Shown here piece by piece: positions 12,201 through 24,938 of a stretch of 64,000 bases of DNA (position 1 is its first letter; every line of letters begins with the position of its first letter). This DNA is from Heteronotia binoei (Eukaryota). The notes under the pieces are model-generated. The model saw nothing but the letters and a program-made list of their open reading frames with translations, was not told the DNA's origin and searched no databases. The position numbers and the translations under genes were made by a program. The DNA lies in assembly GCF_032191835.1 (NCBI RefSeq), contig NC_083225.1:154814001-154878000 (forward strand). The letters are read 5' to 3'.

Positions 12201-15200
12201 ATTGTTGCGTGAAGTGGGAGACCAGAGTTAAAGCACTGAGATTTGGAATCTCTCACTAGCAGTTCCATGAATATATCTCCAGATTCAAGGAGCATTTTTT
12301 TTCTTTTATTTGCTTCACACAAGAGTCTTGGGAATTTTAGTTCTGTATACATACAAAACATGTACTGTAAATTCCAGTTTTCTGATGGTGTTTGAATCTT
12401 TAATAGAGTGACCAAAATATTTAGCTTGGGGTTTGTTCCTTTATTATCAGAGCAACACCTGACCTTATGTATTTTGAGGTCTCCCTCAAAACTGTGTTTT
12501 GCATCCAAATCCTGGACATTAGAAGATGATTTCTGAGGCTTCTTGGAGTAGCCCATAAGGTACAGCTCAGACAAGCTTAAGGGTTTTGGGAAGGGACATG
12601 TGCTATTCCCAGTGTTTTTGACCAAGTTTGCAGATAGCCAATTCAACTAAAGTTTAGGCAGGCTCCCATTATGAATTTGTGGTTAGTCCTTTCCTGAAGC
12701 TCATGTGACTATAGAAGGTATTGGATGACAGGGCTGCAAGACTGTCTCTAATAATATTTTCTGGGAAGAAGGTTTTCACAGGGCACTGAAATGTATTCTA
12801 AAATTTATTGATAATTCCTGGGCAGTTTTGACACTATACTGCCAGGCTTCTGCCTCCATACTTTAAAAAGAGAATTTTAACATTATGTTTTCCCAGGATG
12901 TATACATGGGAAATGCATTTGTGTCTTTGGACAACACTTCAGGGGCTTAAGGGCCATGCGGACTACAAGTTCACTGTTCTATCACTTTTCAAATGTTTTT
13001 CTCCCAGGCGTTCAATCACATTTTTAAGCTCCTGCACTCCCAAGGAACTCAAGAGGACACACTTTGTTCTCTGTTGCTTGGTTTATTCTCATAATAGCCC
13101 TCCGAGGTAGATCAGGCTGACAGAGTGTGATTGCTCCAGGGGCACCTGGTAAGTTTCATGGTGGAGTAACGATATGAATAGTTGGGCCCTTAAATGCTTT
13201 CAAGCCTTTAAAAATAAATACAAGTAATTTTTGTAACACTGAAAGTATATATACGGTTTTTAACAAAGGGCCCTACATTTGGTTTGTACTAACCTTTTTG
13301 ATTCCAATATTTGGGTGTTTCCCCCTCTTTGTTTCTAGTAACAGAGAAGATTTTGCCCACAGACTGTGCAAGCCCAAAAGCAGCCCCAAGCTGCAATTGA
13401 TTTGCTTGATGCTGCCAAGATCGGACTTGGCCCTGTGTCACACTGCTGAAAATGAATGTCATCATCATCAACAACAAAAACATTCAGGCAATCCAATCAG
13501 GAGTTCACCTCATTTGTAAGTGAAGAAGTTTAAGAAAGGTAAGTTCATATGGCAATTGTGTTTGTTTTGAAATTCTCAGCATGCCTGATGGCGAGAAAAG
13601 TGTAGTGATCAAACAGGTGCAGTGAGGCAAGGCAGAGGAAGCGAGGCTGAGCTCATCTCACCTACATGTTCCATTTTTGTCTTTAACACAGGCACACAAT
13701 TCCCTGCTTGAGGATCTCCTTGTCGGGGAGAAGGCGGCAGGAGCAACCTTAGCAGCAGGAGGGAAACTTCACTTGCACACCCAGCCTGGTGCATCTCCCA
13801 GCGTCTGCTATGCCAATGACAGTGTTAATTGCCTACAAAACAAGGATCACTTTCTCACACCTGTCTGAAATGGGGCAGGGAGTCTCTGGGAGATGGGAAG
13901 CACATTCCTCATGAAATCTCATCCCAGTTACATGCACCAATGTGTTTTCCATTTAAATAAAAGGCAGCAAATTTTAAATATATATACGTTAAAAAAAATT
14001 CTTACGTTTCTATGAACCCCAGACTTTTAAAGAAAAATTGTACTATGCACATCCTACAGACTTGTAGCTGATTAAAAGAATTGCAAGGATTTATTATTTT
14101 TCACAGAGGTTGCCATGCCATGCTAAACATTAGAATTCTGCAACACTTCCTTTTTGCCATACTTCCTGCTTCTTATTAGCAGATGGTCCATCGAAGGTAT
14201 GGTTCACAATCCACAAGCCAATATTGCAGTGGTGTGTCTCTGTGTGTGCGGGGTGGGGAAGGGGTGGGATGGGGGAGTTAACCCTGAGCGGGCTGTCACA
14301 GGCATGACTCTGCAGCTGATGCAAGTCCTCTTGTTTCCAGTAGATGTCAGGCTAGAGCTATTGAATAAAATGAACTCCTGACCCAAATCCAGAAAAGATG
14401 AAAGAGCCTCTGCCTGGTGTCACCATGCGCATCTAATGGGACTGAGCATGCAGACCTCCCTATTAATCAAAAAACTGCCTTTCTCCCACAAACAACATAC
14501 CTGGATATGGGCAATTTGCACAGAAGAAGAGGAACATTGATCAAGGCTATGGATTTGCAACAGGTAACTAGGACAAAACAAATGGGGTCTGCTTGCAAGT
14601 TATAGATTAGTAGTACTAACAAACACCACTTTGCTGCAGATTGAGTTTCCAGCAGCATCTGATACTCCTGGCAATGCGCTCACAGACACACTCACCTGAA
14701 CTGTTCCCAGCAGTGGAGTGCTGCCTGGCACAAAGTTTTTTATCTTCTTTTTTAAGCCTCCCTTTAGACCAAAAATTCATCTCAGCTTTGGACAGATTGC
14801 AAATTTATTTAAAGAACAATCCTAAGCAAGTTTGGAAGAGGTCTATTCTAATGGGGCTTACTCCCAGGAAAGTGTTTTAGGATTACACAGTTGCAGGGAT
14901 CATTTTGTAGGGGAAAAGGTGCAGGAGCTCAGTACCATATTCATTTGCATATGCCCTGGGATCTGTGTGCAGCAGGGACAGAACTCCCCACTGCATGCAG
15001 ATCCTGACTGGAGGTTCAGGAGCTGTGCTCCTGTGAGCTCCTGCTGAATTCAAGCCATGCACAGTTGTAAATTAATGCCAAATGTGTACTAACCAGTGTT
15101 TGAATAGCCAGCTCTAAGAACTGAACTCAAGGGCTATAACATGTAACCCCCATGTTACCAGGGAAAGCCACTTGCCCAAATTTTTCCTGAATATTAAATT

Positions 15201-15799
15201 TAGTGGAGGAGATTTTCTGTTGAACATTGGAATTCTGGGAGATTGGGTGAAATTCTCAGGCATGACAATGATTTCGGCTTTAAAACCTACACAACTCATG
15301 ATGCAGTGTGGCATGTGACTCCAGCAACAATAACAAAAATGTGTGACAATATTCAGGTTACATTGAATAACTGAGGAAGCAGTGAATGCTGGGAAAGCAT
15401 GCAGAACTTCCAAAAGTTCCTTTCCAAACGGGCACTTGAACTCACTCTGACTTCTGGGCAAACAGATTTTTAAAAGCTAGAGTTGAGTCCAAGAGCACTT
15501 AAGAGACCAACAAGATTTTGAGGGGAGGAGCTTTTGAGAGTCAGAACTCCCTTTGTTAGATTTTTTTTTTAAGGTTAAGGTTTTAAGATTTCATACACCT
15601 TGAAATAACATATCTTATTTTTTCATGAATTTCAGTTTTCTTAGGGTTTCATACCCTTTAAGAATGAAATGCTGTCCTCCTGCAGTTCATGAAGCCTCAA
15701 TCCAAGTTTTTCCCAAACTGGGTTTGAGTTCTTTTTTGTTGCTGCTGCTGTTGTTGTGTTTGTGTGAAACTTGGGGATGGGGAGGGGAGGGTGGGAATC

Positions 15800-15930
15800 C
15801 CCTGTAAAGGTATGTTGGGCTGAGAATGTGTGCCTGGCACATCCAGCAAGCTTCTGACTGTGTGAACAGGGAATTGAACCATGGTCTTCCAGATCCTTGC
15901 CTGGCACTCTCTGACCACTATGCCACTTTG
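15800..15930 (-). mobile_element. tRNA/CORE SINE fragment
   Basis: ggctgagaatgtgtg...ggaattgaacc...accactatgcca. Confidence 0.55.
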
Positions 15931-17049
15931 GTTTTCAAGATAGTTCTCAAAATTTCTTGAATAGAGAACCAAAGGAAGAGAAGGACAAACAAGCACCAGT
16001 TTATTTTTCTGCAAATAGGAGAACAAAGTGCTGGTTATTCATTTACCAACAAAGGAATCAGTGCAAGGTGACAGAGGAGTGGGCACTGTTCTCCCTACTT
16101 CAAGGCAGCATGCCACACATACAAGGAACTCCCGTGCTTCCTTAAGTGACCAACACATGCCTCCCTGTATTACCATCACAAGGACAAAGTGCAAAGTGGG
16201 GACCACTCAAACATGGTGTAAGTATTGCTGATTCATGCATTGTACCTGATGCTCAAAGCCTCGGCACAGAATTCTGATTTCATGTTGATGCAGGGTGTGG
16301 AAAACCCTGGGTGTAAGGGCCCCCAAAAGGGATAGGAAACAGCAATAAGAGGAGAAAACTAGAGCACGCAACTCCAGCTTCTCAAGCTGAGTTTTTGTTC
16401 CATTTTACCATGTGTTCTTTTAAAAATTGAAAAATGACAGCAGATTGGGAGTGGGGCAGGCAACTACAAGAAAATCTAATTATGCCAGAAGACAGTGCAA
16501 GCAGACACATCCAGATTCAGTGACTGCAAGTAAAGAACTTATTGAACGATTAGTTCTTTGCCCACAACCCTGTGATATAGCTCTGGCCATCTATTAGTTA
16601 AGCACAAGTCCAAATCCACGATTACCCTAACAGCCCAGAGTGCTAGAAGAATCCTCCACGAGTCCTCTGAATGAACCACATCTAATCTCTTCTCCTTGAT
16701 GCTATTTGTATCCCACCCACCCCCATCCAGCAAGTATAGATTAAATCAACTAGCCACTCCCTCCACCCAGTTCAAGCTGACTATGGGAAAGAAAGTTATC
16801 CTCCTGACTAGTGGTGCCGGGAAGCTTTTAAAAAACTGGACATGTGATGTGATTCCCCCCCCCCTTCTGCTTGAAATACTTATACAAGTTGATCCTCCTT
16901 GCCCTCAAATTGCTCTCCATCTGCAATTAAAAAGGAGATGTATTGCAGCCTTATGCACTGCTTTTGCACCTGCACAATTTGCATTCATTGGACTATACAG
17001 CCAAGACAAGCAGCTGCTGGTGACATGTGCTCAGAAGCTGACTGATAGG

Positions 17050-17136
17050 TAGTGCCATCCTAAGCAGAATACGTCCTTCTATGTCCACTGATGTCAATGG
17101 GCTTAGAAGGGCATACCTCTGCTTAAAACAGCACTG
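17050..17136. repeat. Old palindromic interspersed repeat, same family as 613-701
   Basis: agtgccatcctaagcaga...tctgcttaaaacagcact. Confidence 0.6.
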
Positions 17137-17855
17137 TTAATCTCTCGGTTGGTCTGGGTTAGACTGCCCTGGTGAGGAAATTGACTTGAACTTCTTGTAA
17201 ATGTTAATTCCAAATGTGGCTGGCACTACTACTGCCTCCTCCTCCTCCTCCTCTTCTACAAGGAGATCCAAGCGCTTCCCACAGCTACAGCTCCCAAGTG
17301 GTGCTGCAAGAATGCACACTCACAAGAATGGTGCAAAGCCAATTTTAGAATAAAAGGAGAGGAATTGTTGAGGGACATCTGACTAGCTGTACAACCTCTC
17401 AGCTGTGTTTCTGGCTCCCACTTACTTGGACAGAGGTGTGTGTGTGAACCTTTCAGTGCCTCTCGGTCCTTGGCTCTTAGCCTATGGCCATTGAACAAGC
17501 CAGAATCTGTCACAGAGGCTGTGTTGTGATTTTTGTTCTCTTTAATGATTGAATTTTGTTTGCTTTAAATTGTTGTCCATTTAAATTGGGCACTTCTATA
17601 AGATGTGTTGGGTTCCTACCAGGGAGAAAGGCAGGGTAATACATTTCTTTAGTAAATAAATAAACATGGATAAGCCCCATGCCCAATGTGAATTCAACAA
17701 TGTAGTCTGGAATTGGTAACTCAAATACACTTTAAGCCATGGGGAATTCACTCACCCTGAATCCTGATTAGAATTCAACATGAGTTTTTACAGGTATGAA
17801 AGTCATCCTTTGGGCTTGGGGTGGGGAGTGGCAACATGTAAGCTCAAGTTCAGGT

Positions 17856-18017
17856 NNNNNNNNNNNNNNNNNNNNNNNNNNNNNNNNNNNNNNNNNNNNN
17901 NNNNNNNNNNNNNNNNNNNNNNNNNNNNNNNNNNNNNNNNNNNNNNNNNNNNNNNNNNNNNNNNNNNNNNNNNNNNNNNNNNNNNNNNNNNNNNNNNNNN
18001 NNNNNNNNNNNNNNNNN
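17856..18017. other. Assembly gap (162 N)
   Basis: Run of N. Confidence 1.
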
Positions 18018-18188
18018 GTCAAAAACCTACAGATACCACCAGAGCCCTCAACTCTATGACAGCATAGTTAGCAAATATTGTATTGCAGTTAAGCATCAGA
18101 ATTGCATGCATTCTGTGCAAATAAGGACTATAATATATAATGATGGTTGCTTCCTAAGAATCTCAGCACTCTTTAAAAAAAAAACTAA

Positions 18189-18454
18189 GGCCGTTTTCCC
18201 ACAGAGCTTACCGTGGAGCGACATCCCTCTTCACCGCACAGCGTCTGCGCGGATTTCCCACCAACTGCTCCGCAGAACTAGGGAGTGCCGGACCTTTTGC
18301 GTCGCAGATGTAAACTGCTAAAACCCAGTTTACGTTAGCGATGCAAAAGCCGCAGCTCTTCCTGGTTATGTGGAGCAGTTGGTGGGAAATCTGCGCAGAT
18401 GCTGCACGGTGAAGAGGGACGTCGCTCCGCGGTAAGCTCTGTGGGAAAACGGCC
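18189..18454. mobile_element. PIF/Harbinger-type palindromic MITE
   Basis: ~95-bp inverted arms starting ggccgttttcccacagagcttacc; TAA TSD on both sides; CpG-rich. Confidence 0.85.
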
Positions 18455-18782
18455 TAAGTTTCAAGACCCTACGTAAACGTATTATAAGTTTATACTGAGG
18501 ATGTGTTTAAAAATGATTAACTAATGCCTGACAAAGAAGGCCTCCCAAATCAGAGAGGTTGCTGAATGAGATTTCCAGGAGCTGGGAATCAGGGCCTGCA
18601 AGTCACAGTTCCCCTTATTGTGCTCAGATCATGGCTGTAGAACAAAATGTAACCTCTTTCCCCCTAAACTGGATAAAGATGGGGCTAAGATCTGGGCTCC
18701 CTGCACACAGTACATCCATATGTGTGCCATCAAGTCACAATCAACTTCTGGTGACCCCAAAAAGGAGCTTTCAAGGTAAGTG

Positions 18783-19339
18783 CAGGACTGGCCTGCTCAC
18801 TAAGCAAATTAGGCATTTGCCTAGGATGCTGGCAGGGTGGGGGCACAGAATTAGGCCCTCCCTGCCTCCCCATGCCCTAGACAAATCCCTGGTTTGCCTC
18901 CTCTGTCACCCACATGCCTTCTTCTTCTCCTCCCTCTGCCTGCCCCTTCCTCTGTCCATCCACCCATCTGCCTTCCCCGCCTCCATTGCTTGTCCACACA
19001 CCTCTTCCTCGTTGCTTGCCCACCTGCCTCTTCCTCTGCCCGCCCCTTTCTTTCCTCTGTTGGTTGCCTGCCCACCTCCTCCCTGTCACTTGCCTGCCTG
19101 TCTCTTCCTCCACCTGCCCCTTCCCCTCCTCTTCACTTGCCTGCCCACCTCTTTCTCTATAGCTTGCTCACCTGCCTCTTCCTCCATCCACACCTTCCCT
19201 TCCTCCATTGGTTGCCTGCCTGCCTCCTCCTCCACCCACTCCACTGCTGGTGGAGCACAGATCTGCAAGGCGACGCTGTGGAAGAAGACAGCGGGTGGTG
19301 AGTCTGCCTGGGGTGCTGTGCACCCTAGGGCCAGCCCTG
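18783..19339. mobile_element. Non-autonomous hAT element with low-complexity pyrimidine-rich interior
   Basis: TIRs caggactggcc / ggccagccctg; perfect 8-bp TSD ggtaagtg. Confidence 0.85.
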
Positions 19340-21530
19340 GGTAAGTGAGAAACAGAAGTGATTTTCCAGTGTCTTTCTCTGCATGGACTTCCTTGGTGGT
19401 CCCCTGTCCAAATACTAGCTCTGCTAAGCTTCTAAGATCAGAGGAGAATAGGTGATGCCATGTCACTGTCCCTCCCCCATATGCTGTACACTTGTCATTT
19501 TTTTCCCCTTGGAATAGTAGCTCTCCTGGCTCTGTCCACTCAGAAATTCTGATGCATCTCATGAGGTCTTGAGGGGGGTCACTGGCTGTACTTGCATCAG
19601 GGAAACAGCCCCACTATTTCCTTCTTACAAGGTTTCCCTCCTGTACCTGTTGTTGGCCATCAGAAGCAGACATGCATACAGTGCTTGGAGGAAGGCTGGC
19701 ATTTTCTGTTTCTGATCCACACATCAGCATTAACTCAGTCATTTTCACTTCCTTCCTCCTGCCTGAGGCAGAACAAATACAGCCAGTGGCCAAGAAGCTG
19801 GAACTGCTCTCTCAGGTTCTCCCCCTACTGTGATGAAGCACGCTGCCTGGGAATTGGTAATGAACTTGCAATCTAGAGTTGTCCCAATAGTCAGACAATT
19901 TGGCCACAGGGGTCTTTATGCAAAACCCAATGGAATCCTCCACTGCTATGGGATGCCACCTTATGCAATCGTCCACTGCTATGAGATGTGTCCAAGAGAT
20001 GGAATGAGGGATTGATGAGCATACCCTCTTTTCTTTTGCTTGGTTTCTTTCTGTTGTTCCGAACAGCCTTTGATCCACACACTTTCATTGCTGGTAATGA
20101 GGATTCAGTTGTTTCTTCTACCTAGACCTATGCATTTTTATACAGTGTGTATGGAGGGATAGCCTACCTTAGGCTGGAAGAAAGCCTCAAACTTTTCTTA
20201 GCAGAGTGTCAGGATAGAGGCCATGGTATTTATGTGTACAGTGTGTCAATAAGAGACTGATTTGCGTAGCAGTCCTTGGTCTTTTCAGAAACACTGGTTC
20301 AGGCTTGGCGCCTACAAAAACCGCACCAGCTTCTCCCTGCAAGACTTCAATGTCATGCTGATTGCAATTTCAGAGAGGAAGATAAAGAAATAAGGGAGTT
20401 GACACCAGTGTTGGTGAAATCACTGGGCCGAGGGGTGTCAAGGGCAAGAACCCAAGGAGGAATTCCATCTCATTAGCATAAGGACCCATGGGTGTGAGAA
20501 GGTGCCTTGCTTAATTTATCCCTGTACAGCTGCAGAGTATATGGTCTCATGCTGGCAATACAATTGATTGGTTAGGGTCCTTGTTAGCAAAATATTTGAT
20601 TGGCTAAGGTCACCTGCTTAGCAATACATTTGGTTGGTTAACTAGAATCAGACCAACACAGGTCGTTTGGCATAATGGAAGATCTTTCATTCTGGTTTGC
20701 ACCCTTTGTCTGGAATACATCTGTCTTTGGTCATCTCTTGATTCTAGGCCAGGTGGGCCTTGCTGGATGGAACACCTGCCTTGGATTTTGGATTTTGAAA
20801 CTCTGTTTGTTCAGGGAGCATCTGGACTTAGAGAACCAATGTTTGTAAAAGTGCTAAGTTTAAATATTTTGCTCTTTTTTTAATCCTTGCTGCTCATTGA
20901 TTGTGTATCTCTGCACAGACATTAAATAAACCTTATTAGTTATATTTTGTTATAACTAATTTATTAACTAGTTATTTATTATAACTAGTTATAAACCTTA
21001 TTTAGTTATATTGGACTTCAATCTGAATCCAGTACTTTGGCCCTTGCTGACTACAACTATCTGAGCAATAGTTTTTGGAACTCAACTTCTTTCAAGGCTG
21101 ATATCTTGATCTAGACCCAGGAGGGCTGGAGATTTAGTCCCTTGCTCTGACTGGTGGGTTAACAAAGGGGGCTAAATTGCCATCTAGAAGTATTTCCCTA
21201 CTGAGTGGGTTTGGATGCTGGCACTGGAAGTTTCTCAGGCCCATCCTAAGCAGAGTTACATCCTTTTCATCTCTTTAACGGACTTCAGTAGACTGAAAAG
21301 TGTATAACTTTGCTTACAACTGCAGTGTTAAATTACTTGAATTTACATTGGCTTTATTGTCCTAGGCTACACATTATTCAGAGCTGGAATAGCCTGCAAC
21401 AAACAGTAACACCATCACCCAAAACTACCTTCCGGGGGATGTTAAAGAGCACAGGGAGTTTAGCTTGCAAAGTGTTATTATTCTGTGTTTCCTCACAGCT
21501 TTCCAGAACAGTTATGACTTTAGTTATCTG

Positions 21531-21650
21531 TAAAGCTTTTTTTTGTAGAAAAAGTCCAGCAGGAACTCATTTGCATATTAGGCCACACCCCGGATGCCAA
21601 GCCAGCCAGAACTGTGTCCCTGTGTATCCCTGCTGAAAAAAAATGCCCTG
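21531..21650. mobile_element. hAT-type MITE, same family as 49844
   Basis: gtagaaaaag...caggaactcatttgcatattaggccacacc core; TSD gttatctg / gtcatctg (7/8). Confidence 0.72.
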
Positions 21651-23254
21651 GTCATCTGTCTACACCCTGCTGTTAATTGGCGTGAGGGGTAATCCGTAAC
21701 TTACAACTCTTTAGCAACAAATGTCTGCAGAGCTCAGCACCATGGAAATGGTCTAACCACAAATGCCAATCATTCCTCAGCCTGGCAGATCAATCTTCAT
21801 AGAATTCCACTGACTACTGCATGCAGAGTAATAGAGCAGACCAAGAGTGATCTGGAGGCACATGCTGTGATTCAGCCTCTATAGTCTGTCCCTCACCAAT
21901 CGCCTGAGAAATACTGAGGAGAGGGTTTTGCCTATTCTGTTCTTTTATTGGCTTGTGGCTTCAGTCTTGCCCTTATTCCACTTCCCAAATACCCGATTAA
22001 GTTGAAAGTTTGGGGAAATTAATGCTGGGATCAGAAGGATCATGCTCAGTTTGGCATGGTTGACAGTCCTGTCACTTCACTTGCCACCTCCTCCCCCCAA
22101 TACATCATTGATGTTGATGTGCACATTGATAAATGCTGCACTAAAACAGCTACTCGTGACCATGGCATCAAGGTTTTGATGTGCAGCGGGTCAAGATTTG
22201 TGTGTTTTGCTGCTGTGCTGCTTTGCTTTGATAGATTGCCTCACCAAAAGAAATCTGAAAGAAATTATCCTAGTAGTACATCAAGATTTTCTTTTCGTTG
22301 CAGCCTTCAGCAAAACCCACAACTGCACATACCCCTCAATAAAACGTACAAGATGCATCAAGATGCAATCATACACACAGGAATATCATGACTGCTGGTC
22401 TGCTGTTTGTGAATGCACCCATGTTCAATGCTAATATAGTGAAGGAAAGGCCAAAATGAATGGAAAGGATTGAAAGTTGCAGCAAACTGGATGCAGAGAG
22501 CTTTGTATGACTTTTAGAAATGACAAACAGAACAGAGAATTACTAATGCAATTTGGTTGTAGAAGGAGGAGCAGACAATCTGGAACTATAAAATCCAAGG
22601 AGAAATGTGAATGCAGGGAATTTCAGAAGCATCTCTACTAAGAAATATGAATTATGAACTCTGTCGAACTCATTTGCAATAAAGACCGGATCTTGACCTT
22701 ATCAGGCCAGGCCACGTGTGTCATAAAATGTAATGCCAGGTCAGGGAGATATAAAGTTTATAATGGACACAGACAAACACATACACTCAGCCTAATCCAC
22801 CTCACTGCCTTGCTGAGGTTCAGCTAACAAAGGAAGAGAGGCTTGGCTCAGTAGCTCTGCTGTGCAATTGAGAGTACCTGGCAAAGCTAGCTCTCCTTCC
22901 CCCACTTCCTCCCCAAGCGAGGAGCTTTGCTCTGTAGCTCCTGTGTGATTGAGCAAGTCTGAAAAAGCAAGCAGTGATGCAAAAGGAGACAAGAAAGGGA
23001 GAAGGAAGCAGACAACAGTGAATTGCTCACAGGCCTGATAGGAGCCCTCTGGGGGGCCTGATTCAGCCCCCAGGCTGAATCCCCCAGGTGTTTGACATCC
23101 CTGCTCTAGAACCTATGAGGGGGGGGGGACTCAAGAACACCTCTCTTATCCTGGAAAAGGTATGGACTGCAAACCAAGGATGCTCTCATGATGTCACTGA
23201 CCATTTTTACCTCACCCTTCATCCAAGAAGTGCAGGTTTTGTTCTTTGATTCTG

Positions 23255-23610
23255 CATTTTATTCTTACATCAGCCCTGAGAGTTAGGTGAGCCTGAGAGC
23301 AAGCAACAGGCCCAAAGCCAGCCAACAAGCTCTAAGGCTGAGTTAGGATTTAGACTAGGGTTGCCATCTCCTGCCAGGTCTGGGGTTTTATGTGTGCTTT
23401 GAGTGCATGGCATGATGATGTCACCCAGAAGTGATGTCATAATGGCACCAGCTTTGGAGGGGTGACACTCTAATTTTTGGGCAAGACTCTATGGTTTGTA
23501 GCCAGCTGGCCAGCGGCAGCAAAGCACCCTACCAGCAAGGGTCTGGCAACCCTAATTTAGACTCGATGCCCAGAGTCCTGGTCTAGTCAGTACACCCCAC
23601 TGGCTCTCGA
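23255..23610 (-). mobile_element. tRNA/CORE SINE interrupted by a hAT MITE
   Basis: Body 23255-23355; head resumes after the TSD at 23555. Confidence 0.65.
23356..23554. mobile_element. hAT MITE (tagggttgcca TIR)
   Basis: TIR tagggttgcca / tggcaacccta; perfect 8-bp TSD atttagac. Confidence 0.88.
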
Positions 23611-24558
23611 GTTCCTGAGTGCTGCTCTGTGCAAAGTGTGCAGCATGATTTTCAGGGGGCAGTGGATCCTTTCCAGTCTCAGAACCCAGGAAAATGCCCC
23701 ACCTTCCCATATGTGGGCCATCTACTTTGACCAAGCCTGTAGCCAGAAAAATTAAGCTGGGGTGGGGGCAGCAGATAAAATTTTAGGTGGGGTGACTACC
23801 AGGAACAAAATGATGTCACAAACATTAAAAAAAACCCAGCATGTCATTGGTTTCCATAGTATTCTTGCATCTCTAGGAGTTGCCTTCTGTCCCACCTGCA
23901 CACTGGAAAGAGAGTCTGGGGACTGGCAGGGCTTCTCTTGGGCAGAGCAGAGCACAGGGCTCAGCAGGAGGAGGGGGTACTGACATTTTGGCCCCTTCCA
24001 GCTCAAACAGCAGCAGCCAGAGGCAACACCAGGCCTGGGGAGGGGGCAGGATTCATGCCTGTGGCCTGGGTCAGCCTGCACAAGGACAAGGCTGGGGGAA
24101 ACATCCGGGCACTGCACCAGCAGGGGGCACCGGGGGGGCTAGATGATGATGGCACGTTTATGCGCACAAGCATGCACAAAAGCCCTGGAGCCAGCCCAAG
24201 CCGCTGTGCTGGTTTCTCCCCACCACTATAGAGGGCTTCCTTGGTGATCCAGCCCACCTCCTTGGGGATCCAGCCCCTGAGCCCCCCGCTCATGTCCAAT
24301 GCAAAGCGGTGAAGGTCCCACTGGGCTCACCCAAGCCTTGCTGACTGTTTGGGTGTGTGTGTGGGTTGGGGAGGGGAGGGGAGGGCCACCTGTCCATTAA
24401 GGAAGGCACTGATCTGCTGGGAAGGTAGCCAGGAGTGAGCCACATGGAGTGAGTTCCTCGGGGGTAGAGGAGGGGAAGGTTGGGGCTCCAGGCCTGCCCT
24501 GGGAGAGGGTGGATCCCCACCTGATTGCTGCTGCTGTTTCCAGCTCTGAGGTCTTAAC

Positions 24559-24640
24559 CATAGAATCATAGAGTTGGAAGGGATCTCCAAGATCATCTAG
24601 TTCAACCCCGTGAACAATGCAGGAAACTCACAAATTTATC
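24559..24640 (-). mobile_element. CR1 3' terminal remnant
   Basis: catagaatcatagagttggaaggg...atctagttcaaccc is the reverse complement of the CR1 (ATTCTATG)n tail. Confidence 0.75.
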
Positions 24641-24932
24641 CCCCTAAATTCACAGGATCCTAATGTTAGGGTTGCCACTGTGCCATACCCTCCCCACGGC
24701 CTGCTGCCCCCTCCTGCTGCTGCTGCTCTGGAGCCACTTGGAGGCCCTCCAATGGAGAGGCCATACAAATGGAGGGGAGGTTGAATGGAGTGGCCTGCCC
24801 CCCCCCCCGGGCCCCACCATAGCTCTGATTCACATATGTTATTCCAACGCCATTTGAAAAAGCAGGTAGAAACATGGCAAACCATAACAAAACGGTAGAC
24901 AAGCTGATTCCCCTTTTATACGAATAAGTCTT

Positions 24933-24938
24933 TTTATT
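24933..24938 (-). terminator. Candidate IGSF11 polyadenylation signal (AATAAA), implying a ~2.2-kb 3' UTR
   Basis: tttatt on the + strand in an AT-rich stretch ~2.15 kb past the stop codon; no transcript evidence. Confidence 0.4.

Noticed and set aside
12152-12646. 164-aa minus-strand ORF in AT-rich DNA
   Set aside because: No recognisable domain, non-ATG start, no supporting neighbouring exons.
14250-14275. G-quadruplex-type G runs (also ~15773, ~24363, ~46291)
   Set aside because: Common in this genome and no functional context is visible.
17768-18067. ORFs spanning N runs (also 49244-49660)
   Set aside because: Artefacts of assembly gaps.
18559-19562. Several 74-261 aa ORFs on both strands
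   Set aside because: Produced by the low-complexity pyrimidine-rich interior of the hAT element.
23745-24530. Cluster of overlapping GC-rich ORFs
   Set aside because: Probably a degraded DNA-transposon interior; no domain, and the second terminus and TSD were not found.
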